Assembly (NCBI GenBank): GCA_025340205.1
Contig: CP006868.1
Coordinates: 510,001-542,000 of the forward strand
DNA from: Ignicoccus pacificus DSM 13166
GTDB taxonomy: Archaea; Thermoproteota; Thermoprotei_A; Sulfolobales; Ignicoccaceae
Direction of reading: 5' to 3'
DNA length: 32,000 bases
Below are positions 10,053 to 17,938 of the stretch, piece after piece. Numbering within the stretch: the stretch's first letter is position 1; the number at the start of each line of letters is the position of its first letter. Under the pieces are notes generated by a model that was not told where the DNA came from, searched no databases, and saw nothing but the letters and a program-made list of their open reading frames with translations. A program made the translations under genes and the position numbers.

Positions 10053-10714
10053 CCTATCACCCCTGTCATGCTATAGTAATAGACCGGGTTTCGGTCGTAA
10101 AACACCATAAGGGGAACTTGAGTCGTTATCGTGGTTACATATGTCGACGAGGTTAGGGTTAAGGTGACCGTGGTACTGCTGGTACTAACCACCTCTGGCA
10201 AAGCGAATGCTATCACGAACTTACCGTAATTAGTAGTTACGGTACAAGAGGGGAAATAAGCAGTTATTACCATAGTTAGATACGTACTAGCTACTGACAC
10301 TGTAGTGAAGTTTACAGATATGGAGGGTGCTACGCAAGACGCTACTCCCTTGTCGAGCAAGTAGACTGCTTCTGGAACGACTTCTCCCGCCTTGCCGAAG
10401 TAAGGCAATTGAAAGGTGCATGATAATGCCGTGGTCAAGTTAGTACATATAAAGCTAGGCGCGTTGCTGGTCACTCCCACGAAGAGCTCGGATATTCTTT
10501 CCCAAATATCGAGCATCATCAAGTATTTGGAGACAGTATCCGAAAGTTGTTGTACCGAATGAAACATAGGTAGTAAGTAGCTTGTGCTCAAGCCAAGCAC
10601 TATCGCTAAAAGCATCAATGCTCCTAACAGTTCCGCCCCTCCTCTTCTTGCCGCGATTCCTTTCCCCCTTTCAAGAGCACACCTTGCCCTTTTGAACGTG
10701 TATTGCTGACCCAT
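10049..10714 (-). CDS. Second pilin-like membrane-anchored protein
   Basis: ...ARRGGAELLGALMLLAIVLGLSTSYLLPM: class III-like motif and N-terminal TM followed by a Thr/Ser/Val-rich beta-type extracytoplasmic region. Its stop overlaps the start of the next gene by 4 nt. Confidence 0.7.
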   Translation of the reverse strand: MGQQYTFKRARCALERGKGIAARRGGAELLGALMLLAIVLGLSTSYLLPMFHSVQQLSDTVSKYLMMLDIWERISELFVGVTSNAPSFICTNLTTALSCTFQLPYFGKAGEVVPEAVYLLDKGVASCVAPSISVNFTTVSVASTYLTMVITAYFPSCTVTTNYGKFVIAFALPEVVSTSSTTVTLTLTSSTYVTTITTQVPLMVFYDRNPVYYYSMTGVIG

Positions 10715-10724
10715 CTCCGGATAG

Positions 10725-10742
10725 GTAATTATTAGAGATTAC
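10725..10742. promoter_or_regulatory. Possible operator: short inverted repeat GTAAT-N8-ATTAC in the divergent intergenic region
   Basis: GTAAT (10725-10729) and ATTAC (10738-10742) just upstream of the pilin-like ORF start at 10714. Confidence 0.25.
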
Positions 10743-10796
10743 GCTTTACCCCCTTTTAAGGTTACCGGTCTTACTATACTGAAGTGGTGGACGAGC

Positions 10797-10988
10797 ATGA
10801 GGCTGGTAACAGTCAAGATGCCCGAGGCGTATGTTGAAGCAATAGATGAGCTGGTTAGGAAGGGGAGGTTCACTTCCAGAAGCGAGGCGATAAGGGTCGC
10901 AATAAGGGAATTGCTGAGAAAGGAGCTGTGGGTAAGGGAGATCCCCAGCTCCGAGGAAGAGGAGGAGGACTTCATCGACGAGCTTTGA
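10797..10988 (+). CDS. Ribbon-helix-helix (CopG/Arc-type) DNA-binding protein
   Basis: 63 aa: [43 protein letters not shown], the classic RHH pattern (beta strand, helix, G-x-(F/Y)-x-(S/T)RSEAIR, helix) with an acidic tail. Confidence 0.88.
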   Translation: MRLVTVKMPEAYVEAIDELVRKGRFTSRSEAIRVAIRELLRKELWVREIPSSEEEEEDFIDEL

Positions 10989-11721
10989 GCTCCCTCCCCT
11001 TCCTTCCCAGAACCTCGCTCACCTTTCCGAAAACGCCAGCGCTTTCTAACTCGGTAGTTATGGTCACCGTAATTCCTCCGGGCGTCTCGACCCTCGCCCT
11101 CAAGCTCAGCGGATCTTGTTTGTTAAGCATTTCCAACGTCCCAATTATAGACTCCTTAGCCGCCTCCTCTGCTATTTCCCTAGGAACTCCCGCGTAGACC
11201 ATGGCCTCTACGAGGGATAGGTAATAGAGGGCGTGAACCGCTGGCCCGGAACCTACTACGGGTAGCGCAGCGTCTAGAACGGCTTCCGAAGACCATATTG
11301 GCTTTCCGAGGATCTTGAGCAACTCCTCGACCTTATCATCAGCACATCCTCCCCTCTCGGCTACCATTATAGGAGATCTCCTCACCTCGACCGTTACTGA
11401 AGGCATTATTCTATAAGCGCACTTCACGTACTCCTTTATCTTCTTCAAGGGGTATAGGGCGGCTGTGGATACCACGGGCTTCTCCACTCCCTTTATCTTG
11501 CTTAGCACGACGTCCATCGCCGAGGGCTCCACGGCCACTATTATCAGATCGCCGAAGGAAGCACAATCTTCAATTGGAACTACCTCGTAGCCGTCCTCCC
11601 TAGCCCACTGGTCGGTGGGGGGCAAGGTGCTTACCTTAACTTGAGCCCTTCCCTTGAGACCCCTTCCTATAGCTGAGCCAAGCCTTCCGTACCCGATTAA
11701 ACATACCTTCAAGCTGGACAC
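10972..11721 (-). CDS. proC: NAD(P)-binding reductase, pyrroline-5-carboxylate reductase-like
   Basis: N-terminal Rossmann motif [17 protein letters not shown]; [16 protein letters not shown]; C-terminal [28 protein letters not shown]...PGGITV, matching the ProC dimerisation-domain pattern (GL.....A.....T..GA.......P..L...V.SPGGTT). Confidence 0.7.
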   Translation of the reverse strand: MSSLKVCLIGYGRLGSAIGRGLKGRAQVKVSTLPPTDQWAREDGYEVVPIEDCASFGDLIIVAVEPSAMDVVLSKIKGVEKPVVSTAALYPLKKIKEYVKCAYRIMPSVTVEVRRSPIMVAERGGCADDKVEELLKILGKPIWSSEAVLDAALPVVGSGPAVHALYYLSLVEAMVYAGVPREIAEEAAKESIIGTLEMLNKQDPLSLRARVETPGGITVTITTELESAGVFGKVSEVLGRKGRELKARR

Positions 11722-11747
11722 CGAAGGAAATGCCTTAGGGATGGGTT

Positions 11748-12947
11748 TTAGGCGAGCCTCTCCTTAAGGAACTTCTCCCTCTCCCTCACGTATCGCAATA
11801 GGGCCTCGACGTCCACCTCCTTCCTTATCCCCTCTACAGCCCTCTTGGAGTGAGTGTAGGGGGATTCCCTAAAGGTGACTTCCAATTCCTTTCCTTCCAA
11901 GAATACTCCCTTCCCATCCTCAACTCTTCCTATCTCGATTGTTCCTTCAGGACACTTGGAGGAAATGAAAACTATTGAATCTACGCTGGTCCTCAAGGGA
12001 TCGAGGTTCAGCTCCTCCAGCGCTTTCAAGAGCTTAGGATGGACGGCTTTGTATACAGAATCGTAAAGTATTACTTTAACCCCTTTGACCTCGCTTATCT
12101 CATGAGCGTCTAAGACTATTCCCCCGTTGGTCCAGTCGAACGCTCCCTTTACCTCCTCCACTTTGAAAGCTTTCCTTATCTCCTTACAGAAGTCCAAGTT
12201 TACGGTGAGGTCCGCCAGCTCCTCAAGGCCATGATAAAGTGCTATCGCTGTAACCGTTCCACCTCCTTTGCCCACAGTAGAACACAGGAGGTCTCCCGGC
12301 TCGACGTTGAATCTATTCCATTCCCTAATCCCTTTCCCTACGGCAAAGCTTCCCCCGGTTACCCTCTCCCCCCACACCACATCCCCTCCTATCCTCAGAG
12401 TGCTTCCTCCAGCGAACCTTGCTCCGCATCCCTCGCTCGCTACCTTGGCCCCGACGCTTACGTCTAACACGTAGCTGATATCAGTATCATCCGCTACGTG
12501 GACGTCTATCAAGGTAGCTAATGGATCCCCACCGGCTACCATCACATCTCTCATGGCCGCCCTCGTCGCGTGGAAGCCCATGAGCAAGGGGACCTCGTTG
12601 AGCCTCGAGTGGAAGCCATCGGCTGCCAATACTAGGTCCCCTATCGTGAAGGCATCTCCGGGAGAGGAGAGGCTGGTTAAGGCCTCGTGAACCCTCTGAT
12701 CCCCGAGGCCCCTAGACCCTAGGCCCCCTTCCCCTGCCCTTACTCCTATTTTCAGGGGCTTGTACTCGCTCAAGCTTTTAGTGGAAACTATTGCGTCCTT
12801 GACCGCTCCCTCAGCTATCCTTAGGGACTCCTCCTTTCCCCATCCCTTCCTTACGGATGCCAAGAAGGCTATTAGCAGTTCAACTTGCTCCTCTTTGAAG
12901 CCCTTTCCCATCAAAAACTTGGCTAGGTCTTCTACGTCCATCCTCAC
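11748..12947 (-). CDS. AIR synthase (PurM/HypE/SelD superfamily)-related protein
   Basis: GDAFTIGDLVLAADGFH, GFHATRAAMRDVMVAGGDPLATLIDVHVADD, GGSFAVGKG, GDLLCSTVGKGGGTVTA: PurM-like ATP-binding fold motifs. Confidence 0.72.
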   Translation of the reverse strand: MRMDVEDLAKFLMGKGFKEEQVELLIAFLASVRKGWGKEESLRIAEGAVKDAIVSTKSLSEYKPLKIGVRAGEGGLGSRGLGDQRVHEALTSLSSPGDAFTIGDLVLAADGFHSRLNEVPLLMGFHATRAAMRDVMVAGGDPLATLIDVHVADDTDISYVLDVSVGAKVASEGCGARFAGGSTLRIGGDVVWGERVTGGSFAVGKGIREWNRFNVEPGDLLCSTVGKGGGTVTAIALYHGLEELADLTVNLDFCKEIRKAFKVEEVKGAFDWTNGGIVLDAHEISEVKGVKVILYDSVYKAVHPKLLKALEELNLDPLRTSVDSIVFISSKCPEGTIEIGRVEDGKGVFLEGKELEVTFRESPYTHSKRAVEGIRKEVDVEALLRYVREREKFLKERLA

Positions 12948-14809
12948 ATCCTCTCCGGGGCCTCTATTCCTAAGAGGTCTAGGCCCCTCCTCAAGGTGTT
13001 AGCTACAGCCTTAACCATAGCTAGCTTTAGTTGCTTGTACCCTTCGTCGGGCTCCTTGCTGACGGGGTGTTCGTGGTAGAACTTGTTGAAGAGGTCCGAA
13101 AGCTCGCTCAAGTAGACGGCTATCTTCTCGGGAGCTAGGTCTTCTGCGGCCTTTCTGGTAACTTCCGGAAACTCCCCTATCTTGAGGATCAATTCCCTAT
13201 GGGCCTCCGCCTTGCTGAAGTCAGCCTTATCTAGGTTTACTTCCTCGTTGGCCTTTCTCAGTATTCCCACCGCTCTGGCGTGGGTATACTGTATGTAGGG
13301 AGCGGAGGACCTCTCGAAGTTGAGCACCTCGTTCCACTTGAAGGTTATTGGCTTATCCTTAGAAACTGAGACCATGGCGTACTTTATCGCTCCTACCGCC
13401 ACGACCCTGGCTATCTTTTCCCTCTCCTCGCCTTGGAGCACGCTCCTCTCCTCTACCAAAGGCTTCACCCTCTTTATTGCCTCATCCACGAGCCAGTCCA
13501 ACGTGATCATCCTTCCCCTTCTCCCGCTCATCTTCATTCCAGGAATATTGACCATTTCGTAAGCATAGTGGATCAAGTTCTCCGCATACCTCTTATAGCC
13601 CAGAGCCCACAGAGCCAGCCTGAGCTGGGCTTGAGGAAGCCTCTGCTCGGTCGCTATTACGTTGATTACTTCATCTGCGTTGAACTCCTCGAACTTCTTT
13701 ATTGTGTAAGCTATATCTCTAGTTGTATACAAGGTGGTTCCGTCACTCCTCACCAAGACGAGCGGAGGTATTTCCAGGCCCTTGGGTATTCTAAGCCTCT
13801 CCCTAATTTCATCATTTAAGAAGTTGAACTCTATTACCAAGGCTCCGTCCTTTACCTTAGCTATTCCTAACTCCTTAGCCTTCTTCAGTATCATATCAAC
13901 CATTCCGCTCCAGACGAGCTCGCTCTCCCAGTCCCAGACGTCGTGCCTTACCCCAACAACTTCCATGCTCTCCTTGAATCCATCAATTACCTTGTTGACC
14001 ACAGTTCTGAACGCTTTTACCGCCTCTTCCTCCTTGTTTTCATATCTCTTCATTAGATCTGATATCTCCTTGTTTATCTCCTCGTAGCTCTTGTCCTTTA
14101 ACTTCTCCTCTAGCTCCTTCACGATTTCCGGATATTTGCTCCTCAGCTCCTCCAGTATTGGAACCCACTCGTCCCTTTCCGGGCCCTTGCTCTCTATTAC
14201 AGCATTGGCGACGCTGTAAACTATTCCGTACCAATGGTCCGGCTTCTGTTCCTCGGGAGGGAGGAGCCTTCCCATCTTGAGGAGGGCATATACTAAGACG
14301 GTGACTTGCCTTCCGACGTCGTTCACGTAGAACCTGGTTTGAACTTCGTTTCCATAATTCTTCAGGATTTTAGCTAAGGAATCCCCCAGGAACATGTTCC
14401 TTACGTGACCTATGTGGAGGGGATGGACGGGATTAGCGCTCGTGTGCTCCACCACCCTCCTTCCGGGAACGTTCCAAGTTCCGTAGTCCTCCTTGATCGC
14501 TTCCTCCAAGAGCCTTTTGGCTATTTCATTTACGTCTACGAATGCATTGAGGTACCCTCCTACCGCCTTTAGCTCCTTCACCCCCTTTACCTTTATCTTC
14601 TCCGATAGTTCCTTTACCAAGTCGTAAGGTTTCATCTTTAGCATCTTGGCGTACTTGAAGAGGGGAACTCCCCAGTCTCCCAGCTCCGGGGAGGGGGGAG
14701 GCGCTAGAGACCTCAGCAGCTCCAGCTCGTCCGCCTCAACACCCTTTTCCTTTAGAGCCTCTTTTACCTTCTTTATGAACTCATTCTTCAAGTCCACGAG
14801 AGCGTACAC
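12944..14809 (-). CDS. argS: Arginyl-tRNA synthetase
   Basis: 621 aa; HVRN/HIGH-type motif NPVHPLHIGHVRNMFLGDSLAKIL, LVRSDGTTLYTTRDIAYTIKK, MSGRRGRMITLDWLVDEAI, C-terminal DALR domain (ASxSxKxx region, AAPERM end). Confidence 0.97.
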   Translation of the reverse strand: MYALVDLKNEFIKKVKEALKEKGVEADELELLRSLAPPPSPELGDWGVPLFKYAKMLKMKPYDLVKELSEKIKVKGVKELKAVGGYLNAFVDVNEIAKRLLEEAIKEDYGTWNVPGRRVVEHTSANPVHPLHIGHVRNMFLGDSLAKILKNYGNEVQTRFYVNDVGRQVTVLVYALLKMGRLLPPEEQKPDHWYGIVYSVANAVIESKGPERDEWVPILEELRSKYPEIVKELEEKLKDKSYEEINKEISDLMKRYENKEEEAVKAFRTVVNKVIDGFKESMEVVGVRHDVWDWESELVWSGMVDMILKKAKELGIAKVKDGALVIEFNFLNDEIRERLRIPKGLEIPPLVLVRSDGTTLYTTRDIAYTIKKFEEFNADEVINVIATEQRLPQAQLRLALWALGYKRYAENLIHYAYEMVNIPGMKMSGRRGRMITLDWLVDEAIKRVKPLVEERSVLQGEEREKIARVVAVGAIKYAMVSVSKDKPITFKWNEVLNFERSSAPYIQYTHARAVGILRKANEEVNLDKADFSKAEAHRELILKIGEFPEVTRKAAEDLAPEKIAVYLSELSDLFNKFYHEHPVSKEPDEGYKQLKLAMVKAVANTLRRGLDLLGIEAPERM

Positions 14810-14973
14810 TTCTCTTGACCCCCTTAGGGGAGGGAGGGGAGCAAAATCAGCATCTCTGTCAGATGTTGGAAGAGAGTAGAGGAGATTGTCTATAGATAAA
14901 AACTACGAGTGTTGCTTGCTGGTCGAATGGGGCAAAAACATGTTAACCCCTAGTCAACAAGCTATCGATCTTG

Positions 14974-17295
14974 TCACCTCCTGCGATGCCTCCAGATCAT
15001 GTGGAACGCTAGAGGTGCCAACAGAAACGGAGCAGGTACGCACTTACAAATGGCTTCCTCGTTGTTAACCTTGTACACAACCACCTCTCCCTTACTAGCG
15101 GCTAGAACGTAGCCGTTCTTCCAATCCACAGAAACGGGGGCTCCGCTCAAAGAGTCCGTGAACACGAACTTCTTACTTCCCAAGCTATAAATTAACAGTT
15201 TGGTGTTGCTCTCACTTTTAGTGAGGAAGGCAATCGAACTACAATCGGGGGAGAAAGTCATGTCGATTACATTAGTTAAGCTGGGAAGTTCGTACTCTGA
15301 TTGTGTTCCGTTGAAGTAATACAGAACGACTTCTCCCGAGGGATACGCTGCAACCAAATATATTCTGTTAGCAACATCGCTTACTATGGCAGCAGCCGTC
15401 ATCGTTCCTTGAACGTTAAGCGTTTCGCGCTTTGTGCAAAGTGCAAGCTTAGCATCCTCAACCTCGCCTTTAACGCTGTCGTGGGGTGTGAAGGAAACTA
15501 TCGTCTTAACACCATCAAACGCTACTTCCTTCACCTCTATCTTCCCGTTGTCGGCGACAGCTACGTAAGCTGAGGAGAGAGTAGGTAGCGTGTTTGACTT
15601 AGCGAGCTCGTCGTAGTTTATTGGGACGCTGGACGCTATATACTTCCCCGTACCTACGGGGTACGGTTTATAGTAACTGTCCGTGCTGGGGTCATCGAAA
15701 TACACCACGCATCTTTGAGTCCCTTGCGGCGCTGAGGCAGTGTCTGTAAAACACTCGCCCCAAGCGGTGTAGTACTTTACAGAGCCCTTCTCATTTACCT
15801 CAAAAGTACCTATGTAGGTGAAGTCCGTGAGAGATTCAGCGTCAACGTCAGCCTTCCACTGAACGGAGGGTGAGTCTATCAGCTTGACCTCAGTGCCCTT
15901 TAATTGATCATCTATTACTTTATAGACGTAGAACATACCGTTGTAATAACCTATCATGAAACCGCAACCGCATGGACTACTGGATATACCGAAGGGCACT
16001 AAATTAGGGGTGATATAGGAGGATATGCTATTACTTATTTGCGGTACAGCCGATTTGAAGAACGGTTTGTTATCGCCTATCTTGTACACACTCAAGCTAT
16101 CAGCGCCGTTGATGCTAGTGAACGCGTAGAACTTATCGCAACCCAACGACGCTCCAACGATTCCACCAAGGCTCAGCTCGCTTACTCTGCTGAAAGTTGG
16201 TTCAGCTGAGAGTAGGGGTGCGTCGAAGTACTGTACGGGAGGTGGCGTGGAAGTTGTGGTTGTTGTTTGGGGGACTTCTGTTTGTGTTATTACAGTTGTT
16301 TGAATTATTTCTGTCTCTGATGATGTGTTTGATGTTATATTTGGTGGTTGATATCCCTCTACCTTGAGCATAATTACAGTACCATTATTTGTACCGATAG
16401 CTATCCTATCTCTCCACCAAGCTACTGACCAAACATAATCCCCAAATTGTTTCTCCAAAACTTGCCTTCCGGTTGCCACGTCGAAAATATGAATCTTTTT
16501 ATCATTTACATCAGAACTTGCCAAGTATTTACAATCCGGAGAGAAGGCAATATTATACGCTCCTGCGCAACCCCCTCCGTAGCAACTGTTTGCTATTCCA
16601 TCGACACCCCATAACAACCTTGGGTCGTAAGGATAACTTATATCGTAAAGGTAAACGTTGTGAGCTGCTCCAAGAGCAAGGTAATTTCCGCAGACCTGTG
16701 CATCCCAAATTCTTTTAAAGAACTTTATTGTCTTCACTTCTCTTCCATCTGAGAGTTCGAGAATGGTTAGGGCCCCCTCCTCCCAAGAGGGCCAATCCCA
16801 CCTTGGAACATAAACATAATTCCCGTAAACAGCTGGACCGTTGCTAACCCGCTCCAACTTCATCTTCCACTTCTCATTCCCTTTAGGATCAAGGTAAACT
16901 ATATTAGCGTAACCAAGTAGGAAACCGTCCTTAAGCATGCTGATTGCTTGATCGGCATAGTAATCATACCTAACACTTATCTTATCCCATTCTTGCGTTT
17001 CGATATCGTAGATATAGATGTATTCATAGTAGGCAATAAGAGAATTGATAAATCCAAATTTACCACAACAGTATGAAACATCGTTTATCCTTAGACCTTC
17101 ACACTCTTTACTAATCAAGTTTCCATTGGTATCAAAGACATACGCACAACGACCTCCGGAAGCAATCCCTAAATAACCATCATCAGAGAAGGCCAAACCT
17201 CTAACGCTACCTCCGGTCTCATACCTCCAAAGTGGGGCTAACGAGAGAGCCAGTAACCACCCTGAAAGGAGTAAAAACGCTAAAGCAGTCCTCAC
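14974..17295 (-). CDS. Predicted secreted/membrane-anchored beta-propeller (WD40/PQQ-like) protein with two propeller halves separated by a Thr-rich linker
   Basis: N-terminal signal-like MRTALAFLLLSGWLLALSLAPLW; repeated blocks VRGLAFSDDGYLGIAS, YNIAFSPDCKYLASSD, IHIFDVATGRQVLEK, DMTFSPDCSSIAFL; linker TTVITQTEVPQTTTTTSTPPP; C-terminal FLLAPLAFHMIWRHRRR anchor. Confidence 0.75.
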   Translation of the reverse strand: MRTALAFLLLSGWLLALSLAPLWRYETGGSVRGLAFSDDGYLGIASGGRCAYVFDTNGNLISKECEGLRINDVSYCCGKFGFINSLIAYYEYIYIYDIETQEWDKISVRYDYYADQAISMLKDGFLLGYANIVYLDPKGNEKWKMKLERVSNGPAVYGNYVYVPRWDWPSWEEGALTILELSDGREVKTIKFFKRIWDAQVCGNYLALGAAHNVYLYDISYPYDPRLLWGVDGIANSCYGGGCAGAYNIAFSPDCKYLASSDVNDKKIHIFDVATGRQVLEKQFGDYVWSVAWWRDRIAIGTNNGTVIMLKVEGYQPPNITSNTSSETEIIQTTVITQTEVPQTTTTTSTPPPVQYFDAPLLSAEPTFSRVSELSLGGIVGASLGCDKFYAFTSINGADSLSVYKIGDNKPFFKSAVPQISNSISSYITPNLVPFGISSSPCGCGFMIGYYNGMFYVYKVIDDQLKGTEVKLIDSPSVQWKADVDAESLTDFTYIGTFEVNEKGSVKYYTAWGECFTDTASAPQGTQRCVVYFDDPSTDSYYKPYPVGTGKYIASSVPINYDELAKSNTLPTLSSAYVAVADNGKIEVKEVAFDGVKTIVSFTPHDSVKGEVEDAKLALCTKRETLNVQGTMTAAAIVSDVANRIYLVAAYPSGEVVLYYFNGTQSEYELPSLTNVIDMTFSPDCSSIAFLTKSESNTKLLIYSLGSKKFVFTDSLSGAPVSVDWKNGYVLAASKGEVVVYKVNNEEAICKCVPAPFLLAPLAFHMIWRHRRR

Positions 17296-17420
17296 TTTCT
17301 CCCCACTCTAGATTAGTACGGAAAGACCTTTCTCCTTTTCCTTAGTCAATCCGTCAGTTTTCTAGAGATTAACACAGACGATCGTATTATCACTTCTTCT
17401 ACATTGAAAGCAATATAATA

Positions 17421-17557
17421 TTTGATATCTTTTTAGTCTTAGAAAACTGTCTTACAAAGATCTCTGGAATAACTTAACTATAGTCCAAGCATCTGATATT
17501 CTATAGGCGTTCCTTTGATATAATGTTATCAAATATACTTATCGATAGAACATCAAA
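17421..17557. repeat. Cluster of four TTTGAT-type motifs (two forward, two reverse), two forming the inverted repeat TTTGATA-N6-TATCAAA
   Basis: TTTGATA at 17421-17427 and 17514-17520; TATCAAA at 17527-17533; ATCAAA at 17552-17557. Confidence 0.4.
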
Positions 17558-17652
17558 TAATTGTTAATGAGATTCTTACTGCTTATCTCCACGTACTAAC
17601 ACTTCATTTTCCTAGGATTCTCACAGACTTCTCGAAAATAGATGCGTTCATG

Positions 17653-17698
17653 CCCAGTCTCTATTAAAAACACCTAAATTTTAATAATCCCAGTCTCT
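17653..17698. repeat. 10-nt direct repeats CCCAGTCTCT flanking an 8-bp perfect inverted repeat TATTAAAA-N9-TTTTAATA
   Basis: CCCAGTCTCT at 17653-17662 and 17689-17698 (36-nt period); TATTAAAA 17662-17669 and TTTTAATA 17679-17686. Confidence 0.6.
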
Positions 17699-17745
17699 TA
17701 CAGCTCGGCACAAGAAAAGAAAAAGTACAATTACTTAGAGTTTAA

Positions 17746-17753
17746 CTTTTAAG
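17746..17753 (+). promoter_or_regulatory. TATA-like element (CTTTTAAG) preceding a GC-rich foldable segment
   Basis: CTTTTAAG located ~25 nt before the abrupt AT-to-GC transition at ~17765-17775. Confidence 0.35.
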
Positions 17754-17771
17754 GATCCTTTCAGAAGCCTC

Positions 17772-17890
17772 CCCGGAAAGTGCCAGAGGGTAATGGCAAG
17801 ACAGCCGCACTGTCAGCACAAGTCCCAGGAGGGCACCTCGAACCTATCGTGTATTGGCTTGCTCACTCGCAACCCTTGAGGTCCCGTTAG
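17772..17890 (+). ncRNA. Candidate structured RNA or 5' leader of unknown class (strand inferred)
   Basis: GC-rich stretch in an AT-rich context with local helices TGCCA(17781-17785)/TGGCA(17794-17798), GACAG(17800-17804)/CTGTC(17810-17814), and GGG-c-ACCTC(17831-17839)/GAGGTCCC(17878-17885). Confidence 0.35.
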
Positions 17891-17938
17891 GGAAATTGCT
17901 ATATCCTACCCTTCCCTCTCCTGGAAGCGGTGCAATGA

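Noticed and set aside
10739-11197. ORFs 10739..10975 (-) and 10928..11197 (+)
   Set aside because: They overlap the convincing RHH and ProC-like frames and have Ser- or Arg/Gly-rich shadow-ORF composition.
13320-14087. Antisense ORFs 13320..13562, 13433..13819 and 13734..14087 within argS
   Set aside because: Ser/Leu/Pro-rich shadow ORFs on the opposite strand of a highly conserved gene.
17653-17698. CRISPR array interpretation of the CCCAGTCTCT repeats
   Set aside because: Only two 10-nt copies separated by 26 nt; repeats are too short and few, and no cas genes are in the window.
17830-17860. Reverse-complement GGTTCGAGG resembling a tRNA T-loop
   Set aside because: Flanking nucleotides do not pair into a T-stem, and no acceptor, D or anticodon arms were found.
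17780-17890. Short ORFs in the GC-rich segment, e.g. GTG at 17780 (VPEGNGKTAALSAQVPGGHLEPIVYWLAHSQPLRSR) or ATG at 17793 (28 aa)
   Set aside because: Very short, no recognised family and no clear RBS; a structured RNA seems at least as likely, though a remnant ORF cannot be excluded.
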